Virus record (IMG/VR): IMGVR_UViG_3300032266_001360
Span: 1-25,538 of that record
Reading direction: 5' to 3' (one strand)
DNA: 25,538 bases
From: a virus
Taxonomy: Duplodnaviria; Caudoviricetes
Shown: in pieces, positions 1 through 9,000 of the stretch
Numbering within the stretch: the stretch's first letter is position 1
How the letters are laid out: each line of letters opens with the position of its first letter
Position numbers and translations under genes: made by a program
The notes under the pieces: model-generated
What the model was told of the DNA's origin: nothing
Database searches by the model: none
The model's input: the letters and a program-made list of their open reading frames with translations, nothing else

Positions 1-1
1 A

Positions 2-1882
2 ATGGATGAGGATGCACGTATTAAACTAGGTGAACTTGGCTCTGATATAGAGAATTTGAATGCTCCGATAAAAGAATTAGAGGGTAAGAAAAATCGCTCA
101 GCTTTTATGGCACTTACTCAATCGACAAAAGCTAAAGAAGCAAGAGAAAAAGGATTAATCAACGATCTTTACGGCTATGGGGAACAGAAACACGGCATAG
201 TAAATAAAGGACTTACCGCAGAAAAAGCTAGGTTTGAAGCTGAAAAAAATGATCCTTATGTAAGATTGCAGAATTTACAGCAAGTACTAGATACTATTGG
301 AGGAGAATCAGAAGAGATATTAAGTCATCCTGATTTAGCACCAATGAATGCACAACAACTTGTAAAAGCTTTGCAAGCTTATGGAATAGATACTAATAAA
401 CCGGTTAATCAATGGGAAAGTTCCAGTAGAACTAATATGCCTGTCTACCAAGGAAAGCTGGTAGAACCAATTAATCCAACAATGGATAGATCATATAAAC
501 TAGCCGAAGAATTAAGCCCTTTTTATAAGGATAAAAACTACCTTGATCGTAAATTAACCCGTAAAGACGTAATCAATACGCCTAACTCTATTAATCAAGT
601 TGTTGAAGGATTACCTCAAAGCTTAAATCCTAAATTTGAAGCTCTTGATTATGAGGGACAAAAAAAATTAGAAGCTGATTTAAACGCTCTAAATGCAAAA
701 TATATCAGACAGGGTACTTATGGAAGTGGTGCTCATTTAAAATCCGTTAGCAATAGAATGAGAGAGTTAAATGATGCAACTCTTACCTCAAGAGGCAATT
801 ATGTTAAAAATGATTTACTAAAAAATATAACCTCTAAACACCGGGAAGACATAAATAAAATAGGTAAACTCGGGCAGTATGATCAATTAGCTAATACAGA
901 ATTTGGTAATACTCTGGGTGAGATAAAAAATACCAATTTAAAAGGATTGGAAAAATGGAAGAATGACCAAGAAAACAATGAACAACTATATAAATCATAT
1001 CAAAATGAAAAAAGCTTCCAGCAACCAATGCTACTTAATAATGCTAGAGGGACAGGATACGCTTCAGGTGTAGAGGGAGGCATTAACACAGTATTTAATC
1101 ATTTTAATAATCAGGGAATAGATTTATCTTCTATATCGGATTTACAAGGCAGATATAGCGAACTTGAAAAAGAGTTAGCTTCTAGAAACGATGCTATAAA
1201 ATCTGCAGAAGATTATAAAACAAGGCAAGAAGAGCTTGCTCGTCAAAACATGACTGAATTTGAAAGAGAGAAAACCCAAAGATTATCTCTTGAGAGAGAA
1301 AGGGGCGAATTAAACGAGCGTTTATTACGAGAAATTGAAGGTAGAAAAACTTTAGAACAAGATTTGGCTAAAAAACAGGAATTAGAGCGTCAATATCAAA
1401 ATATGCTCAATAAAGGTGAAGAAGCAAAACAGCTAAAACTAGAAGAAGATAGAAGGTTAAAAGAGATTGCACGTACAGAGCAACTAAGAGCTGAACAGGA
1501 GTATGCTGAAAAATCAAGGAAAAATCGTATCAATCAACTCCAGGAGCAGGAAAGGATAAAGCAGTCAGAAATATTCAGAAAACAAATTCAAAGAGAGCAG
1601 CATGAAAAAAATGAACTTTTAAGATTGCGGCAGGAAAAACTAAATTGGTATAATAGCTTTGAAAATAATATGAGAGCTGTTCCTGAAAATGCTACAATAT
1701 ATGCTAAGAGCGGTAGTCCAGGATTTGAAAACGCTATTGCTAGGGTTTGGGGTATGAATTTTCCATACAGTCCAAACAATTACATAGATGATCCAAATTT
1801 AAGAAATATAATGCCGGTTAGAAGATATGGACAAGATATAGTACCTGCTTATAGTTTTCAAGCTAAACCATTTACGGGATAA
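2..1882 (+). CDS. Putative internal virion/DNA pilot (ejection) protein, probably 5'-truncated by the window edge
   Basis: Helical Q/E/K-rich ORF. 'PVYQGKLV' and 'GTYGSGAH' resemble the Y.G.R.A and GAFGGSR motifs of podovirus pilot proteins; long C-terminal coiled coil. Confidence 0.5.
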   Translation: MDEDARIKLGELGSDIENLNAPIKELEGKKNRSAFMALTQSTKAKEAREKGLINDLYGYGEQKHGIVNKGLTAEKARFEAEKNDPYVRLQNLQQVLDTIGGESEEILSHPDLAPMNAQQLVKALQAYGIDTNKPVNQWESSSRTNMPVYQGKLVEPINPTMDRSYKLAEELSPFYKDKNYLDRKLTRKDVINTPNSINQVVEGLPQSLNPKFEALDYEGQKKLEADLNALNAKYIRQGTYGSGAHLKSVSNRMRELNDATLTSRGNYVKNDLLKNITSKHREDINKIGKLGQYDQLANTEFGNTLGEIKNTNLKGLEKWKNDQENNEQLYKSYQNEKSFQQPMLLNNARGTGYASGVEGGINTVFNHFNNQGIDLSSISDLQGRYSELEKELASRNDAIKSAEDYKTRQEELARQNMTEFEREKTQRLSLERERGELNERLLREIEGRKTLEQDLAKKQELERQYQNMLNKGEEAKQLKLEEDRRLKEIARTEQLRAEQEYAEKSRKNRINQLQEQERIKQSEIFRKQIQREQHEKNELLRLRQEKLNWYNSFENNMRAVPENATIYAKSGSPGFENAIARVWGMNFPYSPNNYIDDPNLRNIMPVRRYGQDIVPAYSFQAKPFTG

Positions 1883-1910
1883 TTTTATATTCATTTAAAG
1901 GTATTTATTT

Positions 1911-2081
1911 ATGGAAGAAGAAATATTAAATCGCATGCAAGCTAAGCTCTACCGGAGAGAAGAAATCCTAAAGATACCGTATTTACCAATAGGATTATTC
2001 TTCTCTATTATTCATAATACTTACAAGACTAGGAATATGCCTATCAAGTTTGTTATAAGTAATGGGTTGTCTTGTAAGTAA
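1911..2081 (+). pseudogene. Probable truncated, frameshifted gene start (MEEEILNRMQA...); 56-aa ORF as written
   Basis: AAAGGT RBS-like motif at 1897-1902. Removing the tandem AAGCT duplication (1939-1948) gives MEEEILNRMQALPERRNP, resembling the LARKDPFD N-terminal motif of 3930..5069. Confidence 0.4.
2018..2080. repeat. 12-bp perfect inverted repeat TACTTACAAGAC (2018-2029) / GTCTTGTAAGTA (2069-2080) with a third core copy TTATAAGTA (2053-2061)
   Basis: Read directly from the sequence between the convergent genes. Confidence 0.85.
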
Positions 2082-2122
2082 TTCTCTAGCGTATAGAGGA
2101 TCAGTCAATTCAAATCCCATTA

Positions 2123-3937
2123 TCAAAATCTGTTAGCTTCCCTAGTTAAAATGAGAGGAGAATTATTGCGTAAATTATCTGTTATTTCGTTATAATAACG
2201 TTGTTTAAAAGGTAGTTTAGTTGCTTGTTTTTCAGCATTTTGTAAGCTTGAGTCTAAAAACTTTTTATTAGTTAATAAATCACGTGCTATTAAACCGCCT
2301 CCTACCGTTCCAACTCCCGAACCGCTTAATGCTAGTAAAGGATTAGCGTAAACTCCTCCTATCAGCCCTAAAGTACTTGCAGTTATTGCTGTTCCTGACG
2401 GGTTAGGAATACGGGAGTTCTTTAATGCCATAGCTTTTGCTACAGTGCCTAATTTTTGTACTTGCTCGTTAGCTTCCGGAGTAAGTTGTTTCTTTATAAT
2501 CTTAAAATTTTTAGGATCATTTATTGCCTTGGCAAGTGCATTATATTTTAAATCTTCAAAAGTCCAGTTTGTTCCTTTATGCCCGAGTATATTTTCTAGT
2601 TTTTCTCTTTTTGCCACATTGCCGTATAATTTATCGGCACCCTTAAAAGTCTGATACCACTCCGGGTTACTGTTGCCGTACTCTTTAATATCCTGCGAAA
2701 TCGCTTTTTGTATTTTTTTAAGCTGTTTTTTAACCCCTGCGTCCGTATCCCATTTTATAATTGAATTTAGGCTTTTTTTAGTACCGACGAGTTTATTAAC
2801 GTCATACGCTTGTAGCGGTAACTTTATAGGTCCGTACTGACTTATTATTTTTGATGCCGGCTCTATCTCGTTTTTAATAGTTTCAAGTGATTGTAAAAGA
2901 CTCTTCTCATCAGGGGAAAGAATAGCCGTATTTATTTTAATCTCATCAATAGCCTTTTTAAGATTAGCTGGTAATACCTTTGCATCAAGAGGCAGTGATT
3001 TTTCAGCTCTATCATATAAACCAGCAATCTGAGCTTCTATTTCCGGTGTTCTAGATGGACCGGTTTTGTTAAAAATATCTTCTAAAGCTCTTTTTATTTG
3101 TTCTTGAGTAGTAATATATTTATTTTTTAATTTATGACCTAAAACAGGAGTTTTTTGTAGCCATTGATCAGCAAGACCCGTTAGATTGGAATCGGTAACT
3201 GCCGCAGCTGGTAAATCTATACCTAAATCTCTTGCGGCTTTTAAAGCCTTACTATCTAATTTATCGGGAGTTAATCCTAAAATTTTTCTGCCCAGAGGGT
3301 AATATATCTTTTCTTTGGGATGTTTTATTATATTTGCTGCTTTACTTGCAACGTTCGGTGAAAGATTAATTGCTATATCTGCATATAAAGGATCAAGTCC
3401 GCTCTGTTGTAAAGCTTTACTTCCTAAATCTAATTTAACAGCCGTTTTTGCTCCTTCTAAAGCTTTTGCTCCTTTGCTTAATTTTCCAAACAATCCACCG
3501 CTTGTAGCAATTCCTATTAGTTCACCGGCTAATTGCTCTGATTTATTGTTATACCTAGGTTCTAAATCAATACCTTTGTCTTTTGCCAAGGATTTTATAT
3601 GAGTAGAGACTCTCGGCATGTTTTCTTCACTGAAGAAATTAGGATTATTGTATGTTACGGGTTCTTTGCCGGCAGCTTTTCTTAGCATATTGCCAGTTTT
3701 ATTTAGATAAGTTTTTATGCCCGTTTCGCCTAGGTTAGCTAAATTAGTCGGAGCATCAATTAAATCCATTGCTCCTTTTAGGGCAGCTTTTTCTCCCCAC
3801 CATCTATCCAGTGCCGGCGATACTTCTTTAGGTATGGATTTGGGACTCCGATATTTATCAAATACACTACTTCTTTCATCAGAAGCATAATGCGTATCTA
3901 TATTTTTAGGAGTTTTGTATTTATCAAATTTACTCAT
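2123..3937 (-). CDS. Putative DNA ejection/transfer protein (large internal virion protein)
   Basis: 604-aa helical Lys/Ala-rich protein at the end of the virion operon. N-terminal 'FDKY' repeats and C-terminal 'PNPSGTA' plus a Gly-rich hydrophobic segment, as seen in podovirus ejection proteins. Confidence 0.6.
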   Translation of the reverse strand: MSKFDKYKTPKNIDTHYASDERSSVFDKYRSPKSIPKEVSPALDRWWGEKAALKGAMDLIDAPTNLANLGETGIKTYLNKTGNMLRKAAGKEPVTYNNPNFFSEENMPRVSTHIKSLAKDKGIDLEPRYNNKSEQLAGELIGIATSGGLFGKLSKGAKALEGAKTAVKLDLGSKALQQSGLDPLYADIAINLSPNVASKAANIIKHPKEKIYYPLGRKILGLTPDKLDSKALKAARDLGIDLPAAAVTDSNLTGLADQWLQKTPVLGHKLKNKYITTQEQIKRALEDIFNKTGPSRTPEIEAQIAGLYDRAEKSLPLDAKVLPANLKKAIDEIKINTAILSPDEKSLLQSLETIKNEIEPASKIISQYGPIKLPLQAYDVNKLVGTKKSLNSIIKWDTDAGVKKQLKKIQKAISQDIKEYGNSNPEWYQTFKGADKLYGNVAKREKLENILGHKGTNWTFEDLKYNALAKAINDPKNFKIIKKQLTPEANEQVQKLGTVAKAMALKNSRIPNPSGTAITASTLGLIGGVYANPLLALSGSGVGTVGGGLIARDLLTNKKFLDSSLQNAEKQATKLPFKQRYYNEITDNLRNNSPLILTREANRF

Positions 3938-5069
3938 TTACTACCTGCAAACCATCATTATCTATCGCATCCTGCACCCAGCTTTTATGAATAGAATCTT
4001 TTTTACCTGTTTTTGGGTCAAACATCAAAACAAAATCTGATTTTATAGTTGATTTATTTGGCATCTCTAAATCACCGACATCGTAATGAATACCTTGCTC
4101 ATGTTTTATAGTCGCTGCCTTTTGCATGTCTTGAATTTCTTTTGAAAGATGATCCATTTTCATTTTTAAAGTCGGAAGACTATCATTCTTAGGATCGGCA
4201 AAATACGGAGATAATCGATCATACATTCCTTGGGTTATACCGTTAGTACCGGTGTTCAATCTTTCAGCTATGGTTCTTAATTGCCCAAGCTCGGCAATAA
4301 ACAGATTTCTTAAAGCCGTTTCTTTTTGAAGGTCTTCTACACCAAATACATTACCTATAGTATCTTTGATAGGGTTAATAATACTGGAACCTCGCCCTAA
4401 AGGATGAAACCAGTTCTCTTTTCCAAATTTTTCCAAATCTTCAAAATTCTTATTCACATCCTTGTTTTTTATTGCTGCGGCATTAGCAATAGCCTTAGCA
4501 TCTCCGGCTTTACTTTGGTCGGCAGGATTTAAAGCTCGATAAGTTTTACCTTGATACTCTTTAAACTCACCCTCTTTTTTCTGCGCAGCTTTTGCAAGCT
4601 TAGCAAATAAAGACTGATTGTGATACCTCTTCTGCTCTTCTAGCATAGCCCCTTGGTGAGCTAATTGTTTATCTGCCATTTCTCTTTGGTAAGCTGCTGC
4701 TTCTAACTGAGCCGCTTTTGCCTCTTCTGCTGCTCTTTGCTGCTGTGCATGTTGTAGCATTTTCATATTCTCGTCTTGCGCTGCTTCCTCGTATGCATCA
4801 TGAGTTTTTAATGCAGGTAGCAACGCTCTGCCCGCTTGGGCAAAATTAGCCAGTAATCCTTTTGTTCTTGGCATTTTGTGCATTTCATCGCCCCATGTTA
4901 AAAGACTATTGCGAAGTGCCTTATCTTCCTGATCCTCATCCATTTTTATAGATTTCTTAGCCGATTCGACAGCTTTTCTAATAGCCTTGTCAAATGGGTC
5001 TTTGCGAGCCAAATTATCCGAGATGTAAGCCTGCTTAGTTAAAAGGTCGTTAATATATCTATCTTTCAT
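3930..5069 (-). CDS. Putative DNA ejection/internal virion protein
   Basis: 379 aa, Ala/Gln-rich coiled coil; overlaps the next gene by 8 bp; position after the tail genes. Confidence 0.55.
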   Translation of the reverse strand: MKDRYINDLLTKQAYISDNLARKDPFDKAIRKAVESAKKSIKMDEDQEDKALRNSLLTWGDEMHKMPRTKGLLANFAQAGRALLPALKTHDAYEEAAQDENMKMLQHAQQQRAAEEAKAAQLEAAAYQREMADKQLAHQGAMLEEQKRYHNQSLFAKLAKAAQKKEGEFKEYQGKTYRALNPADQSKAGDAKAIANAAAIKNKDVNKNFEDLEKFGKENWFHPLGRGSSIINPIKDTIGNVFGVEDLQKETALRNLFIAELGQLRTIAERLNTGTNGITQGMYDRLSPYFADPKNDSLPTLKMKMDHLSKEIQDMQKAATIKHEQGIHYDVGDLEMPNKSTIKSDFVLMFDPKTGKKDSIHKSWVQDAIDNDGLQVVNE

Positions 5070-5073
5070 TTTT

Positions 5074-5478
5074 TCAAGCTGGGATTGGGGTTTCTACAAA
5101 TATACTATAATTAACAGTACAATCAAAGTTCTGGTTAACTCCTCCAGAATAAATAATCAACTGACATGTATAGGTAATATTATTATTGATATATACAGAC
5201 AGAAATTCGTTTAATCCAAAATAAGACACCAGATTGATTGTACTGATTTTATTAGCTCCAGGAGCAGAAATTTCCAGATTTTTTGTTAAAAAAGTCTGAT
5301 TTGAGCTGTTATCAGTTCCAATGATATTTTTCAATAAATTAATTCTGATATCATTATTACCTGTATTACATACAGCTATGGAATCAACATATATAGTATT
5401 AGCTGTTGACTCTAAAATTACCTGTTTGGAATAACCAAGATTGGGAAAAGAAGCAGGAAGATACTTTACAAAATTCAT
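5074..5478 (-). CDS. Small beta-rich virion structural protein
   Basis: 134 aa. 'VDSIAVCN' beta-strand pattern typical of small tail-associated proteins preceding ejection genes; TAATG coupling with the upstream gene. Confidence 0.5.
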   Translation of the reverse strand: MNFVKYLPASFPNLGYSKQVILESTANTIYVDSIAVCNTGNNDIRINLLKNIIGTDNSSNQTFLTKNLEISAPGANKISTINLVSYFGLNEFLSVYINNNITYTCQLIIYSGGVNQNFDCTVNYSIFVETPIPA

Positions 5479-5717
5479 TAATCCTCAATGGTTTTTCTTT
5501 CAGCAATACATTTCTGTATTCCCTGTAATTCCAGAATTAAACTATTTAGATTATTTTCAAAACTCGACTTCAAATTCTCATATTCCGAGGTTGCCTCCCC
5601 TTCGTAATTAAAAAATTTAGACCCGACATCCAGTCGTTTTTGTATAAAATCCTGTAAAGAAACACTTAAAACAGCAAGTTTTTTTATCGTATCGATATCA
5701 GAAAAAAATTTAGACAT
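5478..5717 (-). CDS. Hypothetical protein (79 aa, start MSKFF), paralog of 5722..5958
   Basis: GGAG RBS 9 nt before the ATG at 5717; this start avoids the overlap created by the 5771 start. Shares the G..FFNY.G motif. Confidence 0.7.
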   Translation of the reverse strand: MSKFFSDIDTIKKLAVLSVSLQDFIQKRLDVGSKFFNYEGEATSEYENLKSSFENNLNSLILELQGIQKCIAERKTIED

Positions 5718-5721
5718 ATTT

Positions 5722-5958
5722 TTAATCTCCTGTAACAGTTGGGACTTGAGCAATAAGAGCCGGGACATCAATATTCAGCGCAGTAATAACCGCCTGCATT
5801 TGAGTTAGTAAATTAATATATTGGGTATCCGTAGACGTGCCGGTGTAGTTAAAAAATTGATTCCCGTACATTTGAAGCCATTGTAAATCGGATTGCAGGG
5901 TTGCAACGGCTCTAATGCCGATAAAATTTGGAGTAATTGGAGTAGAAGTATTAGCCAT
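5722..5958 (-). CDS. Hypothetical protein (78 aa), paralog of 5478..5717
   Basis: AGGTAA RBS; GNQFFNYTG motif. Confidence 0.75.
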   Translation of the reverse strand: MANTSTPITPNFIGIRAVATLQSDLQWLQMYGNQFFNYTGTSTDTQYINLLTQMQAVITALNIDVPALIAQVPTVTGD

Positions 5959-5987
5959 TTTATTACCTATGTTATTTGATATATTTT

Positions 5988-6015
5988 ATTATAACATTTT
6001 TTTTAAAAAAATGTT
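5988..6015 (-). promoter_or_regulatory. Candidate extended -10 promoter (TGTTATAAT) overlapped by a 23-bp AT-rich palindrome
   Basis: TGTTATAAT on the minus strand at 5996-5988; AACATTTTTTT-T-AAAAAAATGTT at 5993-6015. Confidence 0.4.
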
Positions 6016-6021
6016 TTTTTG

Positions 6022-9000
6022 CTATAGATTTAGGGCAACATTTTCAATTTTGTCTATTCTTCGCGAAAGATTACTTACTTCATCTATAAGTATTTTTAAT
6101 CTAGCTGCACTCATGTCATGAAATCTTGTCTTGGAAACTAGTGGAACTTCTTCATATGAGCCGTAGACAAGAATTTCACTGACATTAGGAGTATCAGCTA
6201 AAAAAGAAAGTAAATAACTGTTATTATTTTCTTTCATTGTTAAAATAGCTTCAAAAGTTTTTTCATTTTTGTTAATTATTTTTAATTTTTTACCAATTTC
6301 TATTTCTATATCTTCACTAAAAATAATTCGATAATTTTTACCGGAAATATGACTTAAATCAGCATATTTTAATATGTTTGGGGCATATTCGGTATGTTTT
6401 AAATTGACAAGTTCAGGAAAAGCTTTTGATACATTTTCTGCAATATATCCGTAATATTCACCAAAACCTTTTGTATATTTATCTTTCCATTCGTATTTCA
6501 CAAAATCTATCGTATCAAATTTTTCTTTTAATTCTTCTTTAAAATCTTCGTAATTACTTATGATATTTTTCTTTTTAATTGAAGACGTAGACTCAAATTC
6601 AGTAGCTGAAATTGCACCTGAGCATATTATAGATCGAGGTAGACCTCCTCCATTCCAAACACCGCTTGTTGCACTATATGTTGGACCTATACCAGTTGTT
6701 TGTATTTTAAAATACGCAAACCATGTTGCCAAAGGGATACCCGAAGCAGTACTATTAACACTTAACGAACCTAAATTTGTAATTGTGCTATTATTAAAAT
6801 CTAACGTTGATCCGCTAGTCGGCGAACCTATATCATTAAGCGTCGGTTGACTCCATGATCCGTTTCCACGCAAAAACTGTGTTGATGAAGACGGGTAGTT
6901 AGCAAGATTGGCAATAGGCACAGTCCCCAGAGTAATAGACGGATTAGCTGTTAAACCATCCCCGTTATTAACTGTTATACTACTATTACCGGCAGTTATT
7001 GTTCTAGTCGTATATGTTCCACTCCCTGTTCGTACAATTATTCCAGTGGACGACAATCCTGACAATCCTTGTAACTCAGCATTTACGGCAATTGTCGGAT
7101 TACCTGAAACACCGTTACCATTAGTAACTGAAATACCGGTACCGGCAGTTAATGTTGTTGTCGCATACGTTCCGCTTGCCGTTCTAGTTATTAATCCCGT
7201 GCTGGAAAGTACCGCAACTCCTTGTAACTCAGCGTTTAAATTAATTTGAGGATTTGAGGCAACGCCGTCTGGATTTGTAAATAATAATCCGGTTGAAGAA
7301 GTAGTTAATTGAACAGTAGAATAAATACTACCCGTTCTTCTTACTATCATCCCTAGTGAAGAAATCTGAGAAACTCCCATTAATTCATTATTTAAACTAA
7401 CAGTTATCGTACCATTTCCAGTAATAGGTGAACCACTAACGGATAAACCATAACCTACACTACCGGATGCAATTGCAACCGAAGTAACCGCAGTTTTCCA
7501 CGATGGCAGTGTTGATGCTCCGTTTCCACCTAAAAAATAGCCACTCGATCCAGTTCCCGCATTTTGCAGGTTTCCCGTAGAAGTAGTCCCCCCACATAAA
7601 ACGCCGTAAGCCGTAGTTGAAGACAAACCTGTACCTCCATATCCTACTGATATTGTTGTGCCGTTCCAAGTACCGACAGTAACAATACCGGTAGCCGTAA
7701 TATTACCTTGTACCGCACTTGGAAGAATAGAAGAGATAGACGGAACACCGGAACTACCGGTAATAAGAATGCCGTTATTTGCCGTTGCCAATCCGGCTAG
7801 AGTATTATTTGCGGAGGAATATAGAAGCTGATTAATGGTTGTTGTTGCAGGATAAGTTGCGGTCGACCACGTTGGTGCAGCTGAAGATCCCGATAACAAA
7901 ATCTGATTAGCCGTAGACGTACCAGATAATATTGCTCCCGAATTGGTGGTAGAATAGAAAATACCGCCGTTTGATGCAATTAGATTAGCATTTGTTCCAC
8001 CATTACTTAAAGCAATCTGACCGCTAATATTTGCGGTTAAACTTCCTGCTCCCGTAGTCCAGCTGATATTAGTCCCGTTCGTAGGAATAGTAGCAACAGG
8101 GGCAGCTCCAGTATAGCCTATCAATAATTGCCCGTTTGTAAGTGCCTGTGAAACAATAGAGTTGGATCCGCCTCCAATTAAAATAGAATTACTGGTTACA
8201 TTTTGGATCGCAATATTCGATAATCCAAGATTTATTCTAGCGGTAGAGGCATTTGAAATATCCGACAAATTGTTTGCTACTTTTAAAAAAGATGCGCTAC
8301 TATAAGAAGACAAATCTTGCAATCCGCTACTAAGCGTTAAGGTTATTGTACCGCTAGAGGTAATAGGAGAACCAGATATACTTAGTCCCGTGCTGCCTGT
8401 AATATTTATTGAGGATACTGTAGCGTTTGATGAATTCAATGTTACCCAAGCGGAAGACGTATAATATTCTATAACATTTGTATCAGAATTAGCTCTCACC
8501 ATTCCAAACAAAGGAGAACTTGGTCGCTGTGATACAGTGCCCACTGGAATTGTTACCGATGCACTACCTGGAAAAACAGGGTTAGGAGAAAAATAAGTTG
8601 TAACTGTACTATTCAAAGAACCTGATGCCGTAATAGCTCCCGTTAAGTTAATATTTAAAGCGTTGATGGCAGGCGTTAAAACAGTAAGTGTGTAAGTAGC
8701 TAAAGATAAGGTAATTGCGGGTGTATATTCAGACAAAAAAGCAGCCGGAAACGCTACTGCAAAAGCACTACTAAAAGCCGCTGGAAAGGTTGCTGCAAAA
8801 TCTGCAGCAAACAGACCGGAAAAACCAGATATCGATACATAATTTAACAACTGATTATTTAGGTAGGACAAAGTAATATAATCTACATTCTGGGTAGCAA
8901 GCGTTATAATTCCTCCAGTCGTAAGTTTTATTATACCAGTGCCGACATTATTTAAAACTTGTGCCTTCGGAATTAGCGGATTAGCAGTAGTAATGACAAA

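Noticed and set aside
1588-3602. Short antisense ORFs 1588..1779, 2445..2654 and 3315..3602
   Set aside because: Fully nested opposite long genes; their hydrophobic content mirrors Lys/Glu-rich sense codons.
5718-5771. Extended start (MMSRLLL...) of ORF 5478..5771
   Set aside because: Overlaps the upstream gene; the ATG at 5717 has a GGAG RBS and matches the paralog length.
6930-7490. Repeats as a possible CRISPR array or DGR template/variable pair
   Set aside because: They are in-frame protein repeats with no spacer structure; no cas or reverse transcriptase gene and no adenine-specific mismatch pattern seen.
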